From assembly GCA_044866355.1 (NCBI GenBank), contig JBIOTW010000040.1:13827-77826 (forward strand): DNA of 64,000 nt, written 5' to 3'. The DNA comes from Candidatus Limnocylindria bacterium. Lineage in GTDB: Bacteria > Chloroflexota > Limnocylindria > QHBO01. Numbering within the stretch: position 1 is the stretch's first letter; each line of letters begins with the position of its first letter. A model generated the notes under the pieces. The model saw nothing but the letters and a program-made list of their open reading frames with translations. It was not told where the DNA came from and made no database searches. Positions 33,589 to 43,966 of the stretch are shown here, piece by piece. A program made the position numbers and the translations under genes.

Positions 33589-34629
33589 ATGAGCGGACCA
33601 CGGATCCTGGCCATCGAAACCAGCTGTGACGAGACCGGGATCGCGGTCGTCGCGGGCGGCCGCCGGATCGAGGCCAACGTCGTCGCCAGCCAGGTTGCGG
33701 TCCACGCCGCCACGGGCGGCATCGTGCCGGAAGTTGCCGCGCGCCAGCAGCTGCGCTGGATCATTCCCGCCCTCGAAGCGGCGCTGACCGGTGCCGGCGC
33801 CGCCTGGAGCGACCTGGACGCCGTGGCGGTGACCTACGGCCCCGGTCTCATCGGCTCATTGCTGGTGGGTGTCAACCTGGCCAAAGGCCTGGCCGTGACC
33901 CACGGGCTGCCCCTGGTTCCGGTCAATCACATCGAGGGCCACATCTACGCGAACTGGTTGACCGATGCGCCCGGCGAGCCGGGCGTCCTCCCAGCCGAGC
34001 CCCCGTTTCCGTTGCTGTGCCTGGTCGTGTCCGGTGGCCATACCCAGCTGGTGTTGATGGTCGACCATGGGCGATACCAGCTGCTGGGCCAGACGGTGGA
34101 CGACGCCGCCGGGGAGGCATTCGACAAGGTGGGTCGCCTGCTGGGCCTCCCATACCCCGGAGGCCCGGCGATCTCCGCCGCCGCCGAGGGAGCGGCGCCC
34201 GCCACCCGCTTTCCGCTGGCCCGGGCTCGCGGTCGATACGACTTCTCCTTCTCGGGCCTGAAGACGGCGGTCCTGCGCGAGGTCGAGGGATACCGCGATA
34301 GCGGTGAGCCGATCCCGGTGGACGGCATCGCTGCGGCGTTCGAACGAGCTGTGGTCGAGCAGCTGGTCCGTCGGACGGTGGCCGCCGCGCAGGAGCACGA
34401 CGTGGCGGCCGTGGCGCTGGGCGGGGGCGTAGCCGCCAATCGGATGCTGCGACGGACCCTCGCCGATCGACTGGATGGCCTGCCGCTGTTGGTGCCACCG
34501 CCCGCGTGGTGCACGGACAACGGGGCGATGATCGGGGCGGCCGCTGCCCACCGCCTGGCCGCCGGCGATCGGGCGGGCCTGGACCTCGAGGCGGTGCCGG
34601 CGCTCGCGCTGCCGTGGCAGGCGGCCTGA
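33589..34629 (+). CDS. tsaD: tRNA N6-adenosine threonylcarbamoyltransferase TsaD (Kae1/Gcp)
   Basis: Motifs RILAIETSCDETGIAVV...VSGGHTQL...GVAAN are present. Start chosen at the internal Met just after the rimI stop. Confidence 0.9.
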   Translation: MSGPRILAIETSCDETGIAVVAGGRRIEANVVASQVAVHAATGGIVPEVAARQQLRWIIPALEAALTGAGAAWSDLDAVAVTYGPGLIGSLLVGVNLAKGLAVTHGLPLVPVNHIEGHIYANWLTDAPGEPGVLPAEPPFPLLCLVVSGGHTQLVLMVDHGRYQLLGQTVDDAAGEAFDKVGRLLGLPYPGGPAISAAAEGAAPATRFPLARARGRYDFSFSGLKTAVLREVEGYRDSGEPIPVDGIAAAFERAVVEQLVRRTVAAAQEHDVAAVALGGGVAANRMLRRTLADRLDGLPLLVPPPAWCTDNGAMIGAAAAHRLAAGDRAGLDLEAVPALALPWQAA

Positions 34630-35510
34630 TGGCTCGCCCCGCCGCCGATGACGTTCCGCGGCCCCCGACCACCGGCGAGCTGCGTCGGCTCCTCCGACGC
34701 GAGGGCCTCCGCCCGCGCCGCGGGCTGAGCCAGAACTTCCTCACCGATGGCGACGCCCTGGACGCCATCCTGGCGGCGGCGGATCTCGCGCCTGGGGACC
34801 GCGTGGTGGAGATCGGCCCCGGCCTGGGCGTGCTGACCCGGCGCCTCCTGGCCCTGGGCTGCGCGGTTCTCGCGATCGAGATCGACGCCCACCTGGTGGG
34901 CTACCTGCGCCGCGAGCTGGACGATGCGGTGGGGCTGACCCTCCTCGAGGCCGATGCGCTGGACGTCGACCCCGAGACCCTGTTCCCGAACCAGCCATAT
35001 CGGCTGGTGGCGAACATTCCGTACCACATCACCAGCCCGCTGCTTCATCAGTTCCTTGGCAGCGCCCACCCGCCCGACCGGTCGGTGCTCCTGGTCCAGG
35101 CCGAGGTCGCCGAGCGGGTCGCCGCGCCCCCGGGCCGGATGAGCTACCTGTCCGTCTTCGTCCAGGACCTGGCCGACGCCGCAGTCGTGGCCCGTGTCCC
35201 GCCCGCCGCCTTCGAACCGGAGCCTGAGGTCGACTCTGCCATCCTGCGTCTCGAGCGGCGCGCCGTCCCCGTCGTTCCGCCGGCGGACCGCGAGACGTTC
35301 CACCGGGTGGCCCAGGCCGCGTTTCGACAGCGTCGGAAGCAGATCCACAACAGCCTGGTGCGGGAGCTGCCGGTTGACCGCGCCACGGTGGACCGCGTGC
35401 TGGGCGCCTGCGCGATCGACCCCGAACGTCGTCCCCAGACCCTTGCCCTGCCGGAATGGGCCTGTCTGGCCGGCGCCTTGGGGCCGGTCCTGGAAGCGCG
35501 CGGTGGCTGA
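34629..35510 (+). CDS. rsmA: 16S rRNA (adenine1518/1519-N6)-dimethyltransferase
   Basis: Motifs SQNFLTD...VVEIGPGLGVLT...VANIPYHITSP are present. The ATG overlaps the tsaD stop. Confidence 0.9.
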   Translation: MARPAADDVPRPPTTGELRRLLRREGLRPRRGLSQNFLTDGDALDAILAAADLAPGDRVVEIGPGLGVLTRRLLALGCAVLAIEIDAHLVGYLRRELDDAVGLTLLEADALDVDPETLFPNQPYRLVANIPYHITSPLLHQFLGSAHPPDRSVLLVQAEVAERVAAPPGRMSYLSVFVQDLADAAVVARVPPAAFEPEPEVDSAILRLERRAVPVVPPADRETFHRVAQAAFRQRRKQIHNSLVRELPVDRATVDRVLGACAIDPERRPQTLALPEWACLAGALGPVLEARGG

Positions 35511-36363
35511 CGAGGGCGTCCGGTGGCGGTTGGCGGCGCCGGCCAAGCTGAACCTGTGGCTGACGGTGGTTGGCCAACGGGCCGACGGGTTCCACGAACT
35601 GGATTCCCTCCTCCTGCTGCTGGAGTTCGCCGATGAGGTGTCGGTCAACACCGTCGGCGCGGGTGGCGACGACCCCCAGGTCGTTGGCCCGGCCGCGGCC
35701 GGCGTGCCAACGGACCGGACCAACCTCGCGTGGCGGGGCTGGGTCGCCGGCCTGGCCGGCCAATCCCGTCCCGCGACGCTCTCGGTGGGGAAGCGCATTC
35801 CTCCCGCCGCGGGGCTGGGGGGCGGCTCGTCGGACGCGGCGTCAGCATGGCGCCTCGCCAGGTGGTTGACCGATCAGGGAGACGCGCAGCCAACGGCCGA
35901 GGAGCTCGTGTCCCTGAGCGCCATCGGGGCCGACGTCCCGTTCTTCGCGGCCCGCCTGGCGGTCGCGCGCGTTCGTGGCATCGGAGAGCAGGTTGAAGCA
36001 GCCGACGACCTGAGCCCGCCCACGCAGGCCGTCCTCGTGCACCCGCCGTTCGGTCTGGCCACCAGCGCGGTGTTCGGCGAGCTGCGCCGGAGCGACTGGT
36101 CCGGGCCGTTCGAGGACGCGCAGGAACCGGGGCGGAATGACCTCGAGCGGCCGGCGCGCCGCCTGCGCCCCGAGCTGGACGACCTCTTCCGGCTCGTCGC
36201 GGGGGCCGGTGGGGCGCCTCACATGACCGGATCGGGGCCGACGCTCTTCGCCCTGACCGACGACCCAGAGCGGGCCGATGGCGTCACGGCCCGTCTGGAG
36301 CGCGCCGGCGTGGCGACGACCCGCACCCGGTTGCGGCCCGAACCGGCTAGCATCGAGCGGTGA
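35503..36363 (+). CDS. ispE: 4-diphosphocytidyl-2-C-methyl-D-erythritol kinase
   Basis: GHMP kinase motifs AKLNLWLTVVG.RADGFHEL...KRIPPAAGLGGGSSDAA are present. rsmA-ispE synteny is conserved. Confidence 0.88.
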   Translation: MADEGVRWRLAAPAKLNLWLTVVGQRADGFHELDSLLLLLEFADEVSVNTVGAGGDDPQVVGPAAAGVPTDRTNLAWRGWVAGLAGQSRPATLSVGKRIPPAAGLGGGSSDAASAWRLARWLTDQGDAQPTAEELVSLSAIGADVPFFAARLAVARVRGIGEQVEAADDLSPPTQAVLVHPPFGLATSAVFGELRRSDWSGPFEDAQEPGRNDLERPARRLRPELDDLFRLVAGAGGAPHMTGSGPTLFALTDDPERADGVTARLERAGVATTRTRLRPEPASIER

Positions 36364-36755
36364 GCGCTCGCCGCGCGGTCCGCACCGAGGATGCCCCCGG
36401 CGCCGTCGCGCCGTACAGCCAGGGCATGATCGGCTCCGGCCTGGTGTTCACCGCCGGCAGCGTGGGTCTCGACCCGGCAACCGGTCAGCTCGTCGAGGGA
36501 GGAGCGGCGGCCCAGGCCACGCGCGCCATCGCCAACCTGAGCGCCATCCTGGATGCCGCCGGATCCAGCCTGGATCGGGTCCTGAAGACGACGGTCTTCC
36601 TCGTCGACATGGCCGACTACCCGGCCATGAATGAGGTCTATCGCGACGCGTTCCCCGAACCGTACCCGGCGCGCACCACCGTGGCCGTACAGGCCCTCCC
36701 CCTGGGGGCCCGTGTCGAGATCGAATGTGTGGCCTTGGCAGCGGAGGCAAGTTGA
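36360..36755 (+). CDS. ridA: RidA/YjgF family reactive-intermediate deaminase
   Basis: Motifs APGAVAPYSQG...VFTAG...PARTTVAVQALPLGARVEIECVA are present. Confidence 0.88.
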   Translation: MSARRAVRTEDAPGAVAPYSQGMIGSGLVFTAGSVGLDPATGQLVEGGAAAQATRAIANLSAILDAAGSSLDRVLKTTVFLVDMADYPAMNEVYRDAFPEPYPARTTVAVQALPLGARVEIECVALAAEAS

Positions 36756-36818
36756 CGCTCGTTCGAGGCGCCTCCTACCATCTTCGCTTCTGATGCCCCC
36801 AATCGAGCGCCCAACGGC

Positions 36819-38195
36819 GTGAGCAGCCTCGCCGCTGTCGTGCTGGCTGCCGGCCAGGGAACCCGGATGCGGTCCCGGCTGCCGAAGGTGCTGCACCCGC
36901 TGGCGGGCCGGCCGCTCATCGACCACGTCCTGGCCGTCCTGGCCGCCGCCGACGCGTCGCCGGTCGTGGTCGTGATCGGACATGGGGCGGACGCGGTGGA
37001 GGCGGCCCTGGCGGGGCGCGCGCTCACGGTCCGGCAGGAGCCACAGCTGGGCACGGCCGACGCGGTCCGCGTCGCGCTTCCCGCCCTGCCGGAGGCCGCG
37101 ACTCAACTCCTGGTCACCATGGCCGACGTCCCGCTCCTCCCCGCCGAGCTGCTGAATGACCTGGTCCGGGAGCAGAGCGCAACCGGCGCCGCGATCGTGC
37201 TCCTGTCCGCCCGGTTGGCCGACCCAGCCGGATACGGACGCATCGTTCGGGGCCCGGACGGCAGCTGTCGCGCCATCGTCGAGGACGCCGACGCGGATCC
37301 GGCGACCCGCGCACTGGACGAGATCAACGCGGGCACGTACTGCTTCGACGCCGCCTGGCTCCGCGCCAACCTTGGCCGCGTCCCCCTCGGCCCCTCCGGC
37401 GAGCACTACCTGACCGACCTGGTGGCCCTGGCCGTGGAGGACGGGCGGCTCGTCCGCGTCGTCGAGTCGCCAGAGCCGGAGCTGGCGCTGGGCATCAACG
37501 ACCGGGTCCAGCTCGCCGCCGCCGAGCGCATCATCCGCAAGCGGATCGCCGACGGCCACATGCGCGCGGGCGTGACCATCGTCGATCCCAGCAGCACGTT
37601 CATCGACGCCCCGGTCGAGATCGGCCAGGACGCGCGGATCGAGCCATGGACCGTCCTGACCGGCCAGACCGTCATCGGCGAGGAGGCAGTCGTCGGACCC
37701 GGCAGCCAGGTTCGAGACAGCCGCATCGGCGCCCGAGCTCGGGTGTGGGGCTCATGGGTCGAGGAATCCGAGGTCGGGGAGGACGCTCGCGTGGGTCCGA
37801 TGAGCCACCTTCGCCCGGGAAGCGTGGTCGGCGCCGGCAGCGAGGTGGGCAACTATGCGGAGGTCAAGCAGAGTCGGCTCGGCGCTCGCGTCCGTCAGCA
37901 CCACTTCAGCTACCTGGGCGACGCGCAGGTCGGGGACGACGTGAACATCGGTGCCGGCACGGTGACCGCCAACTTCGACGGCACGACCAAGCACAAGACG
38001 GTGATCGGTGAGGGCGCGTTCATCGGGGTGGACACCATGCTCCGCGCCCCGGTGACGGTAGGCCCTGGCGCCAAGACCGGCGCCGGCAGCGTGGTGACCC
38101 GTGACGTGGCCCCCGGCAAGACCGTGGTCGGCGTGCCGGCCCGCCCGATCGAGCTCCGCCGCGGCCACCGCCAGGGCGACCCGCCGGATGCCTGA
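36819..38195 (+). CDS. glmU: Bifunctional GlcNAc-1-P uridyltransferase / GlcN-1-P acetyltransferase
   Basis: LAAVVLAAGQGTRMRS...KVLH at the N-terminus is followed by a left-handed beta-helix hexapeptide repeat C-terminus. Confidence 0.92.
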   Translation: MSSLAAVVLAAGQGTRMRSRLPKVLHPLAGRPLIDHVLAVLAAADASPVVVVIGHGADAVEAALAGRALTVRQEPQLGTADAVRVALPALPEAATQLLVTMADVPLLPAELLNDLVREQSATGAAIVLLSARLADPAGYGRIVRGPDGSCRAIVEDADADPATRALDEINAGTYCFDAAWLRANLGRVPLGPSGEHYLTDLVALAVEDGRLVRVVESPEPELALGINDRVQLAAAERIIRKRIADGHMRAGVTIVDPSSTFIDAPVEIGQDARIEPWTVLTGQTVIGEEAVVGPGSQVRDSRIGARARVWGSWVEESEVGEDARVGPMSHLRPGSVVGAGSEVGNYAEVKQSRLGARVRQHHFSYLGDAQVGDDVNIGAGTVTANFDGTTKHKTVIGEGAFIGVDTMLRAPVTVGPGAKTGAGSVVTRDVAPGKTVVGVPARPIELRRGHRQGDPPDA

Positions 38196-39573
38196 GGGAT
38201 CTGCCGGCACCGGCAACCCGTTGCTGGACCTGCTGCTGGTCCTGGTCCTGATCCTGGTCGGCGGCGTCTTCGCCGCCGCCGAGATCGCCCTGCTCACCGT
38301 CCGGCGGCATCGGCTGGATCAGCTCGCGGAGGAGGGCAGCCGTGGAGCCCGCGCGGCCCAGCGCCTGATCAACGACCCGCAGCGCTTCCTGGCCACCATC
38401 CAGGTGGCCATCACCTTCCTCGGTTTCCTGGCGTCGGCCATCGGCGCCATCGCGTTCAGTCGGGTCATCTCCGAACTGATCGCCGCCGTTCCGTGGGAGC
38501 CCATTCGCTCGGCGGCCGAGACCCTGGCGTTCCTCCTCGTCACCCTGCTGATCGCCCTGACCTCGATCATCGTCGGCGAGCTGGTGCCCAAGACGTTGGC
38601 CCTGAACTTCCCGGAGCGCTTCTCGCTCATCGCCTCACGGCCGCTGGGCCTGCTCGAACGCTCGCTGGCGCCTCTCGTGTGGCTGACGACCACGATCAGC
38701 GGGTTCCTGGTCCGGATGCTGGGCGGTCGCGAGCGCCCGCAAACCGGGCTCCTGTCGGTGGAGGAGCTCAAGCTCCTGGTGCAGACCGGATCGGAGCAGG
38801 GCCAGATCGAGGAGGCCGAGAAGGAGATGATCCACGGGGTCATCGAGCTCGGAGACAAGCAGGTTCACGAGGTGATGGTCCCGCGCATCGGCATCAAAGC
38901 GGTGGAAGCCGACGAGCCGATCGACGAGGTCCTGGACCTCATCGTCCGGGCCGGGCACTCGCGGGTTCCTGTCTATCGCGAGAACCTGGACAACATCATC
39001 GGCATCCTGTACGCGAAGGACCTGCTGCCCTACCTGCGACCGGCCAAGGAGCGGACCGATCCACTCGACTTTCGGGCTCTGGCGCGGCCCGCGGCCTACG
39101 TTCCGGAGACCAAGCGGGTGGACGAGCTGTTGACCGAGATGCGCTCGGCGCGGCGCCATATCGCGATCGTGGTCGACGAGTACGGCGGAACGGCGGGGCT
39201 GGTCACGATCGAGGACCTGGTCGAGGAGATCGTCGGCGAGATCCAGGACGAGTACGACGTCGAGGAAAGCCTGATTGAGCCAATCGAGACCGATGGAGAC
39301 CGCCGCGCCTATCGGCTCGACGGTCGAGTCACGATGGACGACCTGCGCGACCTGTTCGAGCTGAGCGATGCCGAGGAGGCCGACGAGGAGGCCTACGACA
39401 CGGTGGGCGGCCTCATCATCCACCGGGTGGGACGGATCCCGTTGGTTGGCACCGAGATCACCTATCGGGACGTCACCCTGCGCGTGCAGGCGGCTGATTC
39501 TCGACGGGTCTCGAAGGTGATGGCCGTCCAGATGCTGGAGCGCCCGGCGCCGGTCGAGAACGTATCTCGTTGA
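38188..39573 (+). CDS. CNNM/DUF21-CBS-CorC_HlyC family membrane protein (hemolysin-like putative divalent-cation transporter)
   Basis: An N-terminal 4-TM DUF21 domain, a CBS pair and a C-terminal transporter-associated domain are present. The start was chosen at the Met just before the glmU stop. Confidence 0.8.
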   Translation: MPEGSAGTGNPLLDLLLVLVLILVGGVFAAAEIALLTVRRHRLDQLAEEGSRGARAAQRLINDPQRFLATIQVAITFLGFLASAIGAIAFSRVISELIAAVPWEPIRSAAETLAFLLVTLLIALTSIIVGELVPKTLALNFPERFSLIASRPLGLLERSLAPLVWLTTTISGFLVRMLGGRERPQTGLLSVEELKLLVQTGSEQGQIEEAEKEMIHGVIELGDKQVHEVMVPRIGIKAVEADEPIDEVLDLIVRAGHSRVPVYRENLDNIIGILYAKDLLPYLRPAKERTDPLDFRALARPAAYVPETKRVDELLTEMRSARRHIAIVVDEYGGTAGLVTIEDLVEEIVGEIQDEYDVEESLIEPIETDGDRRAYRLDGRVTMDDLRDLFELSDAEEADEEAYDTVGGLIIHRVGRIPLVGTEITYRDVTLRVQAADSRRVSKVMAVQMLERPAPVENVSR

Positions 39574-39604
39574 CGCCCCCGGGCGCCATCGCCGCAGTGG
39601 CCAG

Positions 39605-40645
39605 TCAGGCCGCGATCATGGCCTCCGCGAAGGTGACCAGCTCGGCTCGAGCCTGCGGCTCGAGCGGCAACGCCGCCAGCTCGGCGAGGGCCTCGTCCCG
39701 GTAGCGACGCGCCTCGCCCAGCGTCGTCTCCCGGGCGCCGGAGCGATCGAGGATGGCCACTGCCTCGGCGACTTCCGCATCGGTGAGCTGGCGTTCTCGT
39801 GTGGTGGGCGCGAACAGCTCGCGGAGGCGAGCCTGGTCGTCGTCCGAGGCATGGTTGAGGGCCCAGATCACCGGCATCGTCTTCTTCCGGCGGCGGAGGT
39901 CACCCGCTTCGGCCTTACCCGAGGCGGGCTCACGCCAGAAGGCGCCCTTCACGTCGTCCGCCATCTGGAAGGCCAGGCCCAGACGGTCACCGAAGCGACG
40001 GAAGCCGGCGATGACCTCGGGATCCTGCGAGGCGAGCGTGGCGGCGGCCTCGACCCCCGCCGCCATGAGGGAGGCGGTCTTGAGCTCGATCATCTGCAGG
40101 TACTCCTCGACCGTGACGTCCAGTCGCGCCTCGAAACTGATGTCCAGGAACTGCCCCTCGCACAGGGCCAGGCAGGTCTGGTCGTAGATCTTCATCAGCT
40201 CCAGCACCTGTCGCGGCTCGGGCGCTTCGGGATCGTCCTTCTCGGTGGCCAGTCGGTAGAGTGCCAGGCGGGAGAGCGCGAACAGCGCGTCCCCGGCGTT
40301 GATGGCCTGGGCCACGCCGTACCGCGCCCAGAGGGTCGCCCGGTGCCGCCGCTCGCGGTCGCCGTCCTGGATGTCGTCGTGGACCAGGCTGAAGTTGTGG
40401 CCCAGCTCCACCGCGGCGGCGCCGGGCAGCGCCCGGCGATAGTCGCGTCCCAGGGCGCGGATCACGAGCAGGCCCAGGAGGGGGCGGATTCGCTTTCCGG
40501 ACGAGCCGTCGCTGCCGTCCAGGCCGAGGTGGTAGGCCAGCATCTCGTACAGCGGCTCGGCGGGCCCACGGTGCTCGTCGAGGATGGACCGCATCTCCGC
40601 CTCGACGTCCGCGACCAGCTGGCTAAACTCGACTCGGATGTCCAC
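39605..40645 (-). CDS. Polyprenyl diphosphate synthase (trans-isoprenyl diphosphate synthase family)
   Basis: First DDxxD motif ([10 protein letters not shown]) and second motif (FQMADDVKG) are present. GTG start at 40645; the upstream part of the 588-aa track ORF is an artefact. Confidence 0.8.
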   Translation of the reverse strand: MDIRVEFSQLVADVEAEMRSILDEHRGPAEPLYEMLAYHLGLDGSDGSSGKRIRPLLGLLVIRALGRDYRRALPGAAAVELGHNFSLVHDDIQDGDRERRHRATLWARYGVAQAINAGDALFALSRLALYRLATEKDDPEAPEPRQVLELMKIYDQTCLALCEGQFLDISFEARLDVTVEEYLQMIELKTASLMAAGVEAAATLASQDPEVIAGFRRFGDRLGLAFQMADDVKGAFWREPASGKAEAGDLRRRKKTMPVIWALNHASDDDQARLRELFAPTTRERQLTDAEVAEAVAILDRSGARETTLGEARRYRDEALAELAALPLEPQARAELVTFAEAMIAA

Positions 40646-40672
40646 CTCCGAAGCGTACCCGACCGGCCTCCG

Positions 40673-41476
40673 GTGAGCCCGCGCTCCCGCCTGTACAAGA
40701 CCGAGGGAATCGTCCTGCGCGGGCTCGACCTGGGGGAGGCGGACCGGGTCCTGACCGTATTGACCCCGCACCTGGGCAAGCTGCGGGTCATCGCCAAGGG
40801 CGTGCGGCGCCCGCGCTCGCGGATCGGCGGCGGACTGGAGCCGCTGGGCGACGTGGACATGGTCCTGGCCGTGGGCCGCACGTTCGACGTCGTGACCCAG
40901 ACCCAGCTCCGCGACCCGCACCTCGGCCTGCGCGCCGACCTGCATGCCATGGCCGCGGCCTGGTACCTCGCCGAGCTGGCGGACCGCTTCTGCGAGGAGC
41001 GCGCCGAGAGCACGGCCGCCTTCGACCTCCTGGCCGCCGGCCTGACAGCTCTGGACCAGGCGACCGACCCCAGCTCCCGTGAGTCCATCGCGCGCTGGTA
41101 CGAGCTCCACCTGCTGGACGTCATGGGCTACCGCCCCGAGCTGACGACCTGCATCGAGTGCGGCGCCGGAATCGGCCCCGAGGACAACGCGTACGCGGCG
41201 GTGGCGGGCGGGGTTCTTGGGCCGGAGTGCACACACGCGGCGCTCAGCGCGACGAGCATCTCGGCGGCGGCCCTGAAGGCGATGCGGCACTTCCAGCGGG
41301 CGAGCCTGGACCAGGCCGCCCGCCTGACACTCCCGCATGCCACGGGGCGTGAAGTCGAACGCCACCTGCACGCCACGGTTTCGGTGGTGCTCGAGCGCGA
41401 GCTGCGCAGCCGCGACTTCCTCGACGAAGTCAGCCGCCGCCGGCCGCTGGCCGGCGCGGCATCGGTCCTGCGCTAG
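40673..41476 (+). CDS. recO: DNA repair protein RecO
   Basis: The protein begins [27 protein letters not shown]4 zinc motif CIECG...C is present. GTG start lies 27 bp from the divergent polyprenyl synthase start. Confidence 0.85.
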   Translation: MSPRSRLYKTEGIVLRGLDLGEADRVLTVLTPHLGKLRVIAKGVRRPRSRIGGGLEPLGDVDMVLAVGRTFDVVTQTQLRDPHLGLRADLHAMAAAWYLAELADRFCEERAESTAAFDLLAAGLTALDQATDPSSRESIARWYELHLLDVMGYRPELTTCIECGAGIGPEDNAYAAVAGGVLGPECTHAALSATSISAAALKAMRHFQRASLDQAARLTLPHATGREVERHLHATVSVVLERELRSRDFLDEVSRRRPLAGAASVLR

Positions 41477-41487
41477 ACTCGCCTGCC

Positions 41488-42837
41488 GTGCCCGCGCCCA
41501 ACCTGGACGTCGTCGCCAGCCTCGCCAAACGCCGCGGATTCGTCTTCGGGGGGAGCGAGATCTATGGCGGGCTGGCCGGCTTCTGGGACTACGGACCGCT
41601 CGGCGTCGAGCTGCGGACCAACATCAGGGCCGCCTGGTGGCGGTCCATGGTCCAGCTCCGTGACGACGTCGAGGGCCTCGACGCGGCGATCATCATGAAC
41701 CCGCGGGTGTGGGAGGCTTCAGGCCACGTCGGCGGCTTCGCGGACCCCATGGTCGACTGCCGCAACTGCAAGCATCGGTTCCGGGCCGACGACCTGAAGG
41801 GCAATCCATCCGACGTCGCGTGCCCCAACTGCGGGCAGCGCGGGACGCTGACCGAGCCCCGGCACTTCAACCTCATGTTCAAGACCCATGTCGGGCCGGT
41901 GGAGGACACCGCATCGCTCGCATACCTGCGGCCCGAGACGGCGCAGGGCATCTTCGTGAACTTCGCCAACGTGGCGACGTCCGCACGCCGAAAGCTCCCG
42001 TTCGGCATCGCCCAGATCGGAAAGAGCTTCCGGAACGAGATCACGCCCGGCAACTTCATTTTTCGGCTGCGCGAGTTCGAGATGATGGAGCTCGAGTACT
42101 TCGTGCCGCCCCCGGACGAGGAGCGATGGTTCGCGTACTGGGTCGACGAGCGCTTTCGCTGGTGGACCGATGTGATGGGCATCGATCCCGACCGCCTCCG
42201 TTTGCGCCCCCACGAGGCGGACGAGCTGTCGCACTACAGCCGCCAGACGACCGACGTGGAGTACGCCTTCCCGATGGGCTGGTCCGAGCTGGAGGGCATC
42301 GCCGACCGCACGAACTTCGATCTCACCGCCCACGCGGCGGCGTCGGGCAAGGGCTTGACGGTGTTTGACGAGGCCAGTGGCGAGCACGTGCTGCCGTTCG
42401 TCATCGAGCCGTCCATGGGCGTCGACCGCGCGCTCCTGACCGTGCTGGTCGACGGCTACACCGAGGAGGAGGTGGCCGGGGAGAAACGGGTGGTCCTGCG
42501 CATCCGTCCGGGGCTGGCCCCGGTCAAAGTGGCGGTCCTGCCCCTCCTCCGCAACCGGCCCGAGCTGGTGGAGGTCGCCCAGCGCCTGACCGCCGATCTG
42601 AAGCAGGACCTGGCGGCGATGTACGACGACACCGCGTCCATCGGCAAGCTGTACCGGCGCCAGGACGAGATCGGGACCCCGTACTGCGTGACGGTGGACG
42701 TCGAGACACTGACCGATGGAGCGGCGACCATCCGGGAACGGGACAGCATGACCCAGGAGCGTGTGGGGCTCGACGCCATCCCGTCGCGGATCGCGGACCT
42801 CGTCGCGGGCCGCGCCGCATGGCCGACCCCACCGTGA
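41488..42837 (+). CDS. glyQS: Glycine--tRNA ligase (alpha2 dimeric type)
   Basis: FGGSEIYGGLAGFWDYGPLG and class II synthetase motifs are present. The Zn-ribbon-like CRNCKHRF..CPNCG is present. Confidence 0.92.
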   Translation: MPAPNLDVVASLAKRRGFVFGGSEIYGGLAGFWDYGPLGVELRTNIRAAWWRSMVQLRDDVEGLDAAIIMNPRVWEASGHVGGFADPMVDCRNCKHRFRADDLKGNPSDVACPNCGQRGTLTEPRHFNLMFKTHVGPVEDTASLAYLRPETAQGIFVNFANVATSARRKLPFGIAQIGKSFRNEITPGNFIFRLREFEMMELEYFVPPPDEERWFAYWVDERFRWWTDVMGIDPDRLRLRPHEADELSHYSRQTTDVEYAFPMGWSELEGIADRTNFDLTAHAAASGKGLTVFDEASGEHVLPFVIEPSMGVDRALLTVLVDGYTEEEVAGEKRVVLRIRPGLAPVKVAVLPLLRNRPELVEVAQRLTADLKQDLAAMYDDTASIGKLYRRQDEIGTPYCVTVDVETLTDGAATIRERDSMTQERVGLDAIPSRIADLVAGRAAWPTPP

Positions 42838-43658
42838 TGGCAGCCGAGCCCCGGATGACCGAGACGCCGGATTTCGGCGAGCTGGTGGCTGCCGCCGGCC
42901 GAGGCGATCACCCGGCCGTGATTCGGATCGCGAGCCAGATCTTGGCCGATCGCCCCGGCGACGACGCGGCGCACGAGCTGCGGGCGCGGGCTCTGCGCGC
43001 GCTCGGTCGCCTGACCGAGGCCGAGGCCGATGCCCAGGCCGCGGTGCGACTCGATCCGGACGAGGTGCGCTACCGCGAGCTGCTGGCCCAGGTGCTGTCG
43101 GAGGCGGGCGCGCATCGCGAGGCGGCGGACGAGTATGCCCGGCTGGCCCGCGTGGACCCGCGCCAGCGGGAATGGGTCCGCGCCGAGGCTGTCGAACGTC
43201 TTGCCGCGGCCGACGTGGACGCCGCCGTGGCGGCCGCCCGCGCGGCCCTGCGGTTGGACCCAACCGATGCGGTCGCCCAGCTGACGCTCACCCGTGGGCT
43301 GCTCCGGGCCGGCCAGGCGCAGCCCGCCCTGGAAGCCGCCGAGCGATCGGTCGCCCTCGCGCCAGACGACCCGAGAGCCCGCGAGGCGCAGGCCGACGCC
43401 CGATGGCTGGCTGGCGACGAGGCGGGAGCGTTGGCGGCCTACGCCGCGCTCGCGCGCGAGGGCGAGGGCGCCGTCCGCGACGAGGCGCTCGAGAAGGCGC
43501 GTCGCTTGTACCGATCCCGCGCCGGGGTGCTCGGCCGCGTGCTCGCCGCCGCACGGCCCCTGTTCAGGGCCCTGCTCAGAGCTGGCCGGCTGCGGCTTCC
43601 AGTGTCCGCTTCCGCCACTGACGGTAGCGCCACATCCCCACCAGGCCCCCAGCCATGA
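42837..43658 (+). CDS. TPR-repeat protein
   Basis: Repeated Ala/Leu/Arg helical hairpins (RARALRALGRLTEAEADAQAAVRLDPDE...) typical of TPR are present. ATGA overlap with glyQS. The 3' end overlaps a convergent small membrane ORF. Confidence 0.55.
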   Translation: MAAEPRMTETPDFGELVAAAGRGDHPAVIRIASQILADRPGDDAAHELRARALRALGRLTEAEADAQAAVRLDPDEVRYRELLAQVLSEAGAHREAADEYARLARVDPRQREWVRAEAVERLAAADVDAAVAAARAALRLDPTDAVAQLTLTRGLLRAGQAQPALEAAERSVALAPDDPRAREAQADARWLAGDEAGALAAYAALAREGEGAVRDEALEKARRLYRSRAGVLGRVLAAARPLFRALLRAGRLRLPVSASATDGSATSPPGPQP

Positions 43659-43923
43659 TCAGCAGTCCACCGCCGACCAACAGGTAGGTCGCGCCGGTCG
43701 CACCGAGCGGGTCCCGAAGCAGGTTCGGGACGAAGATCACCACGAAGGTGGCTCCGAAGCCGATCGCGACCTTGGCCCCCACCGAGGTCACCTTCCGTGG
43801 CACCAGGAGGGCCACCAGCAGCAGCGCGATAACGACCATGATTGCGACCAGGGTCAGCGCGGGAACCACCCACGCCAGCAGGGCCAGGAGGACCCCGATC
43901 GCCAGCCAGAGCAGGGTGGTCAT
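43576..43923 (-). CDS. Small membrane protein (about 115 aa, three predicted TM helices)
   Basis: Hydrophobic I/L/V/F-rich composition (MTTLLWLAIGVLLALLAWVVPALTLVAIMVVIALLLVALLV...) is unlike the Ala/Arg-rich antisense artefacts of this GC-rich DNA. The stop region overlaps the TPR gene's 3' end. Confidence 0.5.
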   Translation of the reverse strand: MTTLLWLAIGVLLALLAWVVPALTLVAIMVVIALLLVALLVPRKVTSVGAKVAIGFGATFVVIFVPNLLRDPLGATGATYLLVGGGLLIMAGGLVGMWRYRQWRKRTLEAAAGQL

Positions 43924-43966
43924 CGGCCTCAGCCTACGCCGCTTAGAATCGACGGCGCGACCCCTT

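Noticed and set aside
40462-41124. 220-aa minus-strand ORF inside recO
   Set aside because: Antisense to a well-supported recO. Ser/Arg/Ala-rich artefact.
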